Positions 12,839 through 22,864 of a stretch of 35,328 nt of DNA are shown one piece after another (the first letter of the stretch is position 1; the number at the start of each line of letters is the position of its first letter). Position numbers and translations under genes: made by a program. The notes under the pieces were generated by a model. It saw only the letters and a list, made by a program, of their open reading frames with translations. It ran no database searches and was not told where the DNA came from. The DNA comes from Phoronis australis (taxonomy: Eukaryota; Animalia; Phoronida), in NCBI GenBank assembly GCA_002633005.1, contig NMRA01000073.1, positions 296,481-331,808 on the forward strand. The letters are read 5' to 3'.

Positions 12839-13093
12839 ATTGCAAGCAGACGCAGAAGGGTCAAGAATACAATGGACAGAAGGCAGTGACCCATCGCGGT
12901 ACCACGTGCCAAAGTTGGACATCGCAATCACCTAATGCTCACTCATTCACAAATCCTTCGGCTTTTCCCGACTCATCCGTCGGTGATGCTTCCAACTACT
13001 GTCGGAACCCGGATGGCAAAAGCTCGGGACCATGGTGCTTCAAAAGCACGGGGTCCGGTTACGAATATTGCGACATACCGCATTGTTATTCTG
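12839..13093 (+). CDS. Exon 2: kringle domain
   Basis: ctctag acceptor and G|gtaata donor. Reads DCKQTQKGQEYNGQKAVTHRGTTCQSWTSQSPNAH...NYCRNPDGKSSGPWCF...YEYCDIPHC, with six kringle cysteines and the NYCRNPD and PWC signatures. Confidence 0.95.
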
Positions 13094-14108
13094 GTAATAA
13101 CATTTTTACTTCAGATATTGCGTGTCACTAAATATAATAATGTCTATAGCATACTGCAGATTTTGGCTACGTGTACAAGCACGGTTGTTTTTGTCTGGGT
13201 GAAAGCAGTCCTAAAAATTGGTGATCTCAGAAAGTGTAAGTGCTTAGGTCATCATAAGAAGAAAAGTGAATGTCGCTATATACAATGTGTTCGTGTCAAA
13301 ACACTTTTCTCTACTAGCTTTCTAATCCTGAGTGTGGATTGATAGTGGCAACAATAGAGCCTATGGAAATTCGTTGGCGGCCATGTTGATTCGGCGGCTG
13401 AAATTAACTCGCATGGTAAGAAGCACTAAATCTTTGCCAATAGGTGTTTTTTTATTTACTCCTTAGAAACCACAGTTAACTAGACAGGATAACTCTACAA
13501 TGAAAACAAAATTGCCCGGCCCGCTAGAAGATTGGTGATTGTAGCAAGAACACAACTCTACTCATGAACGTTAATGAGATTTCGAGTAAAAATTCAAGAT
13601 TTCAAGTTCAGACTAGGCCTCAAAGCTTTAGCGATATTTCTCTCATTGTAAAGGCGGGTGAGGGGGGGGAGGGTGGGTGAAGACGGGACACTCCCGTCAA
13701 CCATACGTTTAATTATTAAACGACCCGTTTGTCCCCTTCGGCTTTTCGCCGTAGTTGCGTTTTGAACTCACATTCAGTTAGCTGTTCAAGTGTAAGGGTA
13801 GTTCGAGAAGTTGATGTAACGTAAAAGGATACTTAACCCTGTTTTTGTGATTTCAATGAACCCTAGTCCTGTTACCTTCACTATGTGAGTCGCAGATTGG
13901 ATGCTATGGTTCTTGATGGATGGTCCTTTCTTGCTATTGTGTAACTCGCCTAACACCTAGATCACCCTTGCCACTCAGCATGGAGAGCGCGTTTCTTGAC
14001 CTGCTGCTGGTTTTGGCTGTTCGTGTTAGTAACAAAAGACAAGTCTTATCATGGTAAAAATATGCGAAATGTAGCTCTAAAACCAAAGTTTTCCATCTTC
14101 TATTTCAG

Positions 14109-14351
14109 GAGCACCGGACAACAAAGGGAAGCGATTTGTCTTTGCTTTCTCATACAATCCACCCTTTTCTGGGTCAAATGCCGCACCAGAGGTATTCGTG
14201 ACTACGTCTGAAGATACTGACGTCACGGTAGTTGTCAGCATACCTCTGCTAAACAACGAACTGGATAATTTTGTTGTACGAAAGAACCAAGTCCACAAAG
14301 TGACCTTCCCTACGAATATCCGAATTTCACGATTCGGCGTAACAAACAATG
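14109..14351 (+). CDS. Exon 3: start of the IgGFc-binding-protein N-terminal region
   Basis: tatttcag acceptor and G|gtaaat donor. Open 81-codon frame GAPDNKGKRFVFAFSYN...EVFVTTSEDTDVTVVVSIP..., resembling the DNxGxxF start of FCGBP-like proteins. Missing from the ORF track. Confidence 0.88.
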
Positions 14352-14504
14352 GTAAATATTTTAGGAACAATTAAACAGTCTCAACCATTATGTACTCGTA
14401 ACTTCAATGTCCTTGAATAACAATCCATTAAAACCTACGTTACTGTATAAAGTTACTTAAGACCTGATAGATATGTCTGCACATTCAGCTAAAGATTTAC
14501 TAGT

Positions 14505-15000
14505 GTAAAATTTAACTTAGTAAAAGTGTGTATTTGCTGAAAGTAGACAGCCTGTAAAATTAATTTTTGACTTCATACAAATTTCTTGGCTCAAGTCAGG
14601 TGACCATGTCTTTTAAGTAGAATTTAGCAAAACAGGAAGTTGAGCTTATTGCAAAACAAGGGCTTTTATAACGTGAACTCAATTTCCTTTGAAACAAATT
14701 TTCGAAACGAAATCTCAAAAGCGCAGTAAAAAGGTTCTAAACTATCATTTCGATTTTGTTTTATCCAAAGTTTGAGTGTCTACATAATAATAGGAAAAAG
14801 TCGTATTTTTCACAGCCCTCCTGCAAAAGTGGATCACTCTTTCGAAAGAGTCCTTCACAGCATTTTGAAAAAAGTACACGTACATGGAACATACTACCAG
14901 AAAGTATCCGTTGATTGCGATCAGCCATTTTTGGTGCTGAGAAGCGATATTCGGAATTTTTGTTGGTCCTACACAGCCTTAAACACGACTTTGCCATCAG
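14505..15000. repeat. Interspersed repeat, copy 1 (related copy at ~18765-19230)
   Basis: gtaaaagtgtgtatttgctgaaagtagacagcctgtaaaattaatttttgact...gaccatgtc...tttagc...gcaaaacaa aligns with gtaaaagtatgtattttctgaaagcagattgcccgtagaaattaatttttgact...taccatgtc...tttagc...gcaaaacaa. Confidence 0.75.
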
Positions 15001-15286
15001 CTCATTTTTTACTGAAGTAGATGTTCGTGTGCGTGGTCCTCAGTCAACTCACCTACTTAATTCGTACACGTATGAACTGACTGACAATGTTGTGTGCGTA
15101 CATGTATATAGTTGTTTTTAAGGGATTCGGTACGGTTTGCCAAAATGTCGCAAAACACTGTTTTACGACATTGACTAATTTACCAAAGAATGAATGTTAT
15201 ATCACAATATTAGCCTCGAATGGCAGATACAACCGTGTAATAACCCATAAAGTTATCCCACTAGTGAGATAACATTTTGGCGGGAA

Positions 15287-15353
15287 ACCGAGGCCGGATT
15301 CGAACCCGGGCTCAAAGTTTCGAGTCGCCGACTTTACCTCTACACCACTCAGC
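15287..15353 (-). mobile_element. tRNA-derived sequence (SINE-type head or tRNA pseudogene)
   Basis: Minus strand reads GCTGAGTGGTGTAGAGGTAAAGTCGGCGACTCGAAACTTTGAGCCCGGGTTCGAATCCGGCCTCGGT: A-box-like TGGTGTAGAGG, B-box GGTTCGAATCC, T-stem and a residual acceptor stem. The anticodon stem does not pair well. Confidence 0.72.
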
Positions 15354-15884
15354 GGCTGACGTCATCGAACGTGAAAATAGAATACTTGAATGAGCACGCG
15401 CAATAATCGCATGTTGCACAGAAATTTATACGCTATGAAAAATAAGACGCATAATTTCCATAAAAACGATATTATAATTTTGTGAAATTTTTCTCTCGTG
15501 TGCTCTCACTTGTAAATCACCGATCTCCAATTTGAATGCGGGTATCGTGACTTCGGGATCCTTTGACTTGAGCATTATAGTCAGTTACTAGTGGTAACCT
15601 ACTTTAGCAGACGATATTTTCCCAGTCGAAGCTTAGCGTGATAAAATGTGTAGTAAGCTATAATAGTTGCTAAACCTTAATTTATAGATTCACTTTGTTT
15701 CTATTTTGTTTAAATTTTCAACTGGTTTTGAGTATAAGCATTCTTTGACAAAATAGCTCGGCTTTTCTTAAACAGTCACGACCGCCGACCCCGGACCTCT
15801 GACATAGAAAGTAGTTACAAAGCCGAGGCGAGTCGAGAAAGGTAGATCGATTCATTGCAATGTTTCTCGTTCAGTATGTGGTAT

Positions 15885-16015
15885 AAATACATGTAGATTA
15901 TTACATGTTCTCAGTGTCGTGGATTTTGTAGCGATAATTCTCCAAAATCCACTCGGGCTCTAGATAACGGGGGATAACGACTTCGCCATGTAATACAATG
16001 TAATCTATATTTATT
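15885..16015. repeat. Small palindromic non-autonomous element
   Basis: Outer arms tagattattacatg / catgtaata...taatcta and inner arms gtggattttg / caaaatccac. Confidence 0.6.
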
Positions 16016-16800
16016 CCTGATTTCCAATGACAGATTACGTAGTTTCAAAACTGTTGAATGTGCGTTGAGTTTTTGTTATCACGTCGTTAAACGAAAGTGC
16101 GCGACATCAAATTCCACAACGACGTCATACTTGACGTGAGAATAAGACCATATAACTTTTTGCGTAAAAATCCAAACGCTAACATCGAAGATACTTAAAT
16201 TCGAGAAAGCCAATATAAAAATAAAAATAGAAACTCGTTTAAAAGAAAAATGACATTAATCCGCTTTTAAAAGGCTCAATCTATTTGTCGTTGTAAAATT
16301 TGCAAAACGAAGTGTGGACCACCGAATTAGTCGCATAAGCAGAGGTACAGTGCATCTCTGGTAAAATCTAATAATTCATCACCGCTAACGAAACTCACCT
16401 CTGTGTAAGTGATTATTGAAAACCCTTTGAAAACGTAGCGCAGTTTTTCGTCGGAAGTGTAAGTAAATATCTAGACGTCTACAGAAGACTTCCTCGGTCT
16501 CAACTTGTTCCATACTTAGTGGGTTATGGGGTCTGTTTCCAAAGGCTGGCTTTTGTCGTTTGACTTTCGGCTACACATCAGTCTACGGATGGCTTCGAAA
16601 ATTAAGCTAAAGGTAAAGAAGACAGAAATCCCTGCTAGAGTCCGTAACGTATGGTGTCTTCAAAATGTTTTTGTACCATTATATCGCCTGTGCTTGTTTT
16701 TGTTCTTGTTTCGTGTATATCTGCTGGGACGGCTGACTGCAGAACTCACATCTTTTAACAAAACGAGAAAAAAATCTCAGACAAATATTCCTAATTCCAG

Positions 16801-17310
16801 GGATTTTAGTGGAGGCTAGTCATGAAGTGGCTGTCTACGCGGCAAACAAACAGCAAAAGACCACGGATTCATTCGTGGCCCTGCCAGTAGATGTTCTAGA
16901 CAACGGCAACATGGCAATTGCAACCAAAGGGATCTATCCCGGGTACAATAACTATTTTGGAGAACTTGCCGTGGTGGCAACAGAGGACGACACATATATA
17001 GATATTTGGCACACGCAAGCGGGTCACGGATCTATGTATTTTAATGGCAAACACCACCTAAATAATGAACACATCAAGGTCACTTTACAAGCCTTTCAAA
17101 CAATGGAGATTGTATCCGATTACGACATGACTGGTTCAATGGTGCTAGCCACACGACCGGTGGCGGTATTTGCTGGGGCGCAGAGGGGATACTTCAGTGG
17201 GAATTCCGGTGATCACTTGGTGGAGCACATCCCGCCACTCAACACCTGGGGGAAGAGCTTTGTATTGGGGAAACTTGCAGACCGGTCTTCGTTTATTTTT
17301 ACGGTAACAG
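16801..17310 (+). CDS. Exon 4: IgGFc-binding (FCGBP-N) domain
   Basis: ttccag acceptor and AG|gtaagg donor. Reads GILVEASHEVAVYAAN...TTDSFVALPVDVL...LAVVATEDDT...DMTGSMVLATRPVAVFAG...DHLVEHIPPLNTWGKSF, characteristic FCGBP-N motifs. Confidence 0.93.
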
Positions 17311-18224
17311 GTAAGGGTACGCGTGCGGCCTTAATTTCAGCTCAGTCAACCGCTGGTCACTCCATGGTTACACCGATGAACACTAGCAGATTCTATTTGA
17401 AGATGACCAATGTCATTTCAAGACAAACAGAAACGCTTAAGTGAAAAAGTGTGTATTTATTCATTAACGCAATAACATGTTGACGTAAAGAATTGCGCAG
17501 TTTACAAGAAACTGATATCGCGAAAGGACCCATTGGTTTGTAGACGGTAACACGTGAATGTATGATATTTGATCAATTCACTTTCGTATGACAAATTCTT
17601 ACGGCTCAGTTCCTGTGACTGGTTGCACAAAACAGTTTCAAGTACCGTCTCAGACAAGTTTCTTATTTTTTCACAGATTTGATACAATGTTTGCTTCATT
17701 TGACTTTAACATTTATACACCAAGGCTGAATTTCCAATACTAATAGCAATCAATAGGGTCCTTTTCATGTACCTTCCTAAATTTGAATACTGGGCCTCTA
17801 TTCATTTTCATTAGAAAATAATATTAAGTAAACGAGAAGATCATTAATGCAGATGCAATAAAAAAATTAGATCACTTGTGAGTAAACAAAAATTGGACTA
17901 CGCTGGAGATTCAGGGAACTGACCCGAGTCTCCATTTGGGGCTGCTTGCAGTGATCGATCACTGGTGCCTCAAATGTACAAAAATGCCATTCAAAATCAT
18001 ATTTTTGGGGTTTCTGTAGATTTTACTCAGTGTACCATTGCGACATCGCACAGCCACGCCACACAGCGAATGAAACGTGAACAATTTCTGCTGCTCGCGT
18101 GAAGTTGTACATACGAATTTAAGTGCATGTGGCCTTATGCGGAACACTTGAACAAAATCCGAAGACCAACTGCTCACACAGCAATAGACGTCGATGCACT
18201 TCGAATTTAATATAAAGACAGCAG

Positions 18225-18473
18225 GGGCCCTTTCCACTAAAAACTGACTTAGCTAAGAGAATTCTTAAATTTTACTAAATTTTATAATAAAAGTTCAAGT
18301 TTTCTCAAAATAATTTCAAGAAATAGATCTTAAGCTTGGTTTAAGTGTTTGAGGTAAGCTTTGTCTTAATTTTGATGAATTTACCACATGTGGAAGTTTC
18401 AAAGATGGGAAGTAAAGAGAAATCTTAGACTTAAGTCAAAAATGAACTTAAGTCAGTTTCTTGGAACGGGCCC
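18225..18473. mobile_element. PIF/Harbinger-like MITE, 249 bp, CAG target-site duplication
   Basis: cag|gggccctttccactaaaaactgacttag ... taagtcagtttcttggaacgggccc|cag. Imperfect ~25-bp TIRs starting GGGCCC and a 3-bp CWG duplication. Confidence 0.82.
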
Positions 18474-18764
18474 CAGTTCCTCTCTTGTTACACGAAATCA
18501 AGAGCCGGCTATGCAAGCTATGACGTCATTTGTTGCTATATTCACTTGCAATTGAGAGACATTGTGGCACTGTTAAATGTCACACTAAAGAGTAACTCAA
18601 TTAAAATTGAAGGGGTCAATTTTGGAACTTACTATTTAGTCGTATATGTTTTGAATATTCTCCGTGGCTTTCGGAATGACGCCCCATCATGGTAAGCAAA
18701 ATTCTACGACTTATTTTACTGGAGATAGTTGGAGTTTTGTTTATTTGATAGTTTAATAAAATAA

Positions 18765-19230
18765 GATGCAGTTTAAATCGGTAAAAGTATGTATTTTCTG
18801 AAAGCAGATTGCCCGTAGAAATTAATTTTTGACTCGATGCTAATGTGCCATTGTTTGCGTCACGTTACCATGTCGTTCAAATAAAGTTTAGCGAAAGAAA
18901 TGTACATTCACAGCAAAACAACTGCATCAATAACATGACCAAATTTTGCTAAAGATAATCATCCAACATTAAATATGAGAACGCTGGTGTATTATTCTAA
19001 GTCACAATTGTGTTTTGTTAAAACTCAAGTTCTGTTTTTGATAGCTCCTCCTTTAAAACTGGGCCGTTTTAAAAATCATGACATCATGTTCAAGGCCAGT
19101 GCATATAGCGTAGTTCAGTGTATATGAAAGTCATTTGAATCTCAACAGCAATTCTGAAATATCGATGTTCAAAAGTTTCACAAATTTTGTACATTTTTCT
19201 GAAGCCCTGCATAACCAAAACTGGTTTAGT
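18765..19230. repeat. Interspersed repeat, copy 2 (same orientation as 14505-15000)
   Basis: Collinear diverged blocks shared with 14505-15000. Ends are approximate. Confidence 0.72.
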
Positions 19231-19614
19231 GCATCAAAGAATGGACAGAAGACACACAAGTGTATAGAAGCACTTAGGTTAGAACATGGACATGCACGTG
19301 CACTTGCGTACGCTTAATAATTGAAAAACTGGAGTAAAGATGATTTTGAAAATGCGTCGTTTCGGTAATAGTCTCATGGTAGCCTCAATACGAAAACGCA
19401 CGATGCAATTGTTTGATATCAATTCATGGTGTCATTTTAAGCAAGCAGTAAAATTGCGTCTTATAACTGATTGTGCCGCAAAAGGTGTGGGTCGAAGACA
19501 CTCACCTAGAGGGGCACAGTTTTATGCATGTTGGAATGCGAGAATTCTTTTAGCGGTGGATTTTAAAGGGAGAAACATGTAACTAGTAACAGGTGTAACT
19601 GAATGCACTTTCAG

Positions 19615-20226
19615 CCTCTGAGAACGGCACGTCAGTCAGCATATACGCCAACGGCAACAGTGGGACCAAAGAGAACATACAGTTGAACAAGGGGAGTTCT
19701 GTACAACGAGAGTCTTCTTCAGATACCGCTTACGTCATCGGGGACAAGCCAATCTTTGTGGCACAGTTCTGTAAATCTTCGGAACGATATGACGGCTACA
19801 GCGACCCATTCATGTTAGTAATCCCGTCCGTGCAAGTGTACTCGTCCATCTATACTTTTACAACAGTGACGCCTGCTATGGACGCGCAGTTTACCAACTA
19901 CATTAACATCGCCGTTGCATCTGGCCAGCAGAACGATCTTTTGATGGACAACAATCCCCTTACAGCGAATTGGAAAACTGTAGGTGCTCATGGTGTTGTC
20001 GTTGCTTCATTGCAAATATCGCCGGGAACGCACACGATTTACCACAAATCTCCCATTGTCACCTTTGCCGTCCACGTCTACGGGCACGCCACCTACGAGT
20101 CTCATGGTTATCCGGCTGGATATCGTCTAACCCCAATTAATGAAGTCTGTGTTAAGTCATCGGCCAGTCACGGGGACGGGATAGACAATGACTGCGATGG
20201 GCGGACGGATGAAGAATTGATTAACT
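19615..20226 (+). CDS. Exon 5: FCGBP-N C-terminal part plus the first acidic motif (GDGIDNDCDGRTDEE)
   Basis: ctttcag acceptor. Reads ASENGTSVSI...DKPIFVAQFCKS...DPFMLVIPSVQVY...VYGHATYESHGYPAG. The donor T|gtaagg at 20226/20227 gives the phase needed to join exon 6. Confidence 0.92.
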
Positions 20227-21191
20227 GTAAGGTGGCATCCTATTGTTCATGTACTTCTATGGACAAGTAAAACAAAGAATTGCTAGTTGCTTAAAAGGAT
20301 AGCGAACTTGGTGATTTCCTCCAAAACTGCCTTTGTCTCTTGCTATTTCAGAATTAGTACACTACTTTCCTTAAACATAATACCGCGGTCGCCCCCACTA
20401 CGAGCACAAACAAAATAAATAGGGCGTCGTCACGCAGTTTTAGGGCTTACGGCGAAACATTTTCCTTCTAAAATTGTGCTTGGGTTCCCCTTACGACATT
20501 TTAAATCCGCCATTACGCAACTGTAGCCCTAAATACAATAAATATCCATAAGTAGAGATTTCATCTATGGCAAAACTTTCTCAATTTGCGGCGCTGTTGT
20601 CTTTTTTAAATGCATTACGAGACCCTTCGTCGACTCGTGAACTTCAAGGGAACTCACAGAAAACTTGTGAATTATAAACAATGTGGCGGAAAGTTGTGCT
20701 TGTCACTTGAGCTTACCATAACTGAACATGCGGGTTTACTGCATTAGGCTTTTGATGCGAGTATGACGTAACAGCTATCATAAAGACAAATGTTAAAATA
20801 CTCAATACATCAGGTCAAACAGGGCTGAAAATCCATCGCATTATTTCACAGATTCTGAGATATGCACATCAAACATTAGATATTTCACAGGTGTGGGGGA
20901 ATTACTTATTATTGTGCTGTTACTAACAATTTAAATCGAATTCCTTTAAGTACTTATAGAAACATAAGTGGACTCAATTGGATATATTTCGCTTCTTGTT
21001 ACCCCTTTGTAACAACGATGAATCAAGTCGTCTGTTATCTTACGCTCACAGATTTTGACCTGATGACGTAATGTAAAAATTTGCAGTGACCCGAATGCCA
21101 GCCAAAGAGCCAAGTGAATGCCTTAGTTCAGGATTTCACCGCTAGGTGAAAAATGGCGAAGTGACATGCCAACAGTAAATTTCGAATCTTC

Positions 21192-21714
21192 TATAAATCG
21201 GTAAATAAAACAACAAGAATGGATCAACTGAAATTTGAAATTTTCGGAGGTAACAACTTCCTTTATCAACAAAAACAGAAATAAAGAAAAATCAAACACA
21301 AAATGACAATTGACATATAAGATACGGTGTAATGAAAATGATACATTTTTGCGTAAAAAATTCAATGACATATTTTAAGAAGTTTTTAGGTTCAATCCAT
21401 GAGGTTCTATTGTATTCAGTTTGTCTATCCAATATTGTTCTCTTTTAAGTCTGTGAGAAAAAAGAGAACAATATTGGATAGACAAATTGAATACAATAGA
21501 ACCTCATGGATTGAACATAAAAACTTCTTAAAATATGTCATTGAATTTTTTACGCAAAAATGTATCATTTTCATTACACCGTATCTTATATGTCAATTGT
21601 CATTTTGTGTTTGATTTTTCTTTATTTCTGTTTTTGTTGATAAAGGAAGTTGTTACCTCCGAAAATTTCAAATTTCAGTTGATCCATTCTTGTTGTTTTA
21701 TTTACCGATTTATA
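21192..21714. repeat. Near-perfect 523-bp palindrome (foldback element) in intron 5
   Basis: Arms 21192-21446 and 21460-21714 (255 bp each) are reverse complements with only two mismatches that I could find. The loop is 13 nt (aagtctgtgagaa) and both ends read TATA. This explains the twin ORFs 21123..21371(-) and 21535..21729(+). Confidence 0.97.
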
Positions 21715-21998
21715 TTCTTCATTTCATGAAACAATAGTATCCTTGGGAGGATCTGGATCGCCTTATTTAGTTTCAGATATATTTTCTACGTTATTTAGAA
21801 TCTTCTATTGAATACGTTCTTTTGAAGACTTGATTTCCCTGAACTTATTTATATTCACCGTATCTTCCTACATAGACATTTGTTCAAGTGATCGCATTTT
21901 CGACATACCTAATATGCCATTCGAGTTTGACATGTATGGCACTAAATCCTACACTGCGTACATGATACTTGTAAACCCTGTTTGTATAAAAAGCTCTT

Positions 21999-22149
21999 GT
22001 ATAAAGGGCTGGTTCACTGACTACTGACTAATATTGAGTGAGTCTCAAAGTACATCGAATGAATACAAATACTTTGTTTGTATAAAGGGTTGGTTCAATG
22101 ATTCATATTGAATGAGCCTCGAAGTGCATCGAATAAATACAAAAACTTT
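21999..22149. repeat. Two diverged tandem copies of a ~75-bp unit
   Basis: ttgtataaagggctggttcactga...atattgagtgagtctcaaagtacatcgaatgaatacaaatacttt is followed by ttgtataaagggttggttcaatga...atattgaatgagcctcgaagtgcatcgaataaatacaaaaacttt. Confidence 0.85.
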
Positions 22150-22678
22150 AAGCAATTCTTTTAGGCGAAATTCTCGAGGTACACGCCTTTCGATCACGCG
22201 GAAGTAAACGTCACTAATTAAAACAAACGGCAGACCTATGAGCCATAGACCCAAGAAAATCCTGAGACCATGAGATAACGTAAGGCTTCGTAACGCACGT
22301 GATCACATTACATGTACTTCCTAAAGTCTGGTGTCTGTAAAACGCAGACCATCTAAGTTTTCAGTGATGTTTACGAGTCATCAACCGTCCCAGGATGCAT
22401 TTGAAAAACGATATTAGTGCTGTAGCTGAGATCCGACTGGAACTCTCACACGCGGAGGTAGGAAATTGCATTGTATGATTGGCTTGCTTGTCGAAACGAT
22501 AGGCACTTAATACGTGTCACATTTATGTTGAGATTATTTATCTAGATAAATGTCACAAGCCTCAGGAATAAAACCACAAACATGATTTAAAGCATATTTT
22601 TCTATTCTGTTTGTGACAAGATCTGTCTCAAAAACATTTTAATCATGTTTTTAAGGTGATGCCATGTTTGTTTTAAAG

Positions 22679-22864
22679 CTCTTGATGACGACGGAGACGG
22701 TTTAGTAGACGAAGACACCATTGTAGCCGTGGGTGAGACAGCGCCACCTACTGTCGTGACAACAACGACTACGGAATCTCCCACCACTACAACCACGGAA
22801 TCTCCCACCACTACGACGACAACAGCACCACCATCGACAACGGAAGCGCGGACGACAATGCCAG
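22679..22864 (+). CDS. Exon 6: second acidic motif (LDDDGDGLVDED) and start of the Thr-rich stalk
   Basis: tgttttaaag acceptor and AG|gtaaat donor. Reads SLDDDGDGLVDEDTIVAVGETAPPTVVTTTTTESPTTTTTESPTTTTTT. Confidence 0.88.

Noticed and set aside
15287-15353. Functional tRNA gene
   Set aside because: The anticodon and D stems pair poorly and the unit is short. It is better explained as a tRNA-derived repeat.
20227-20270. Exon 5 continuing as CKVASYCSCTSMDK-stop, or using the AAG|gtggca donor
   Set aside because: The T|gtaagg donor at 20226 is a better consensus and is the only one in phase with exon 6, restoring the paired acidic motif.
21123-21729. Twin ORFs with identical N-termini on opposite strands
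   Set aside because: A by-product of the palindrome. The sequence is AT-rich with no protein-like features.
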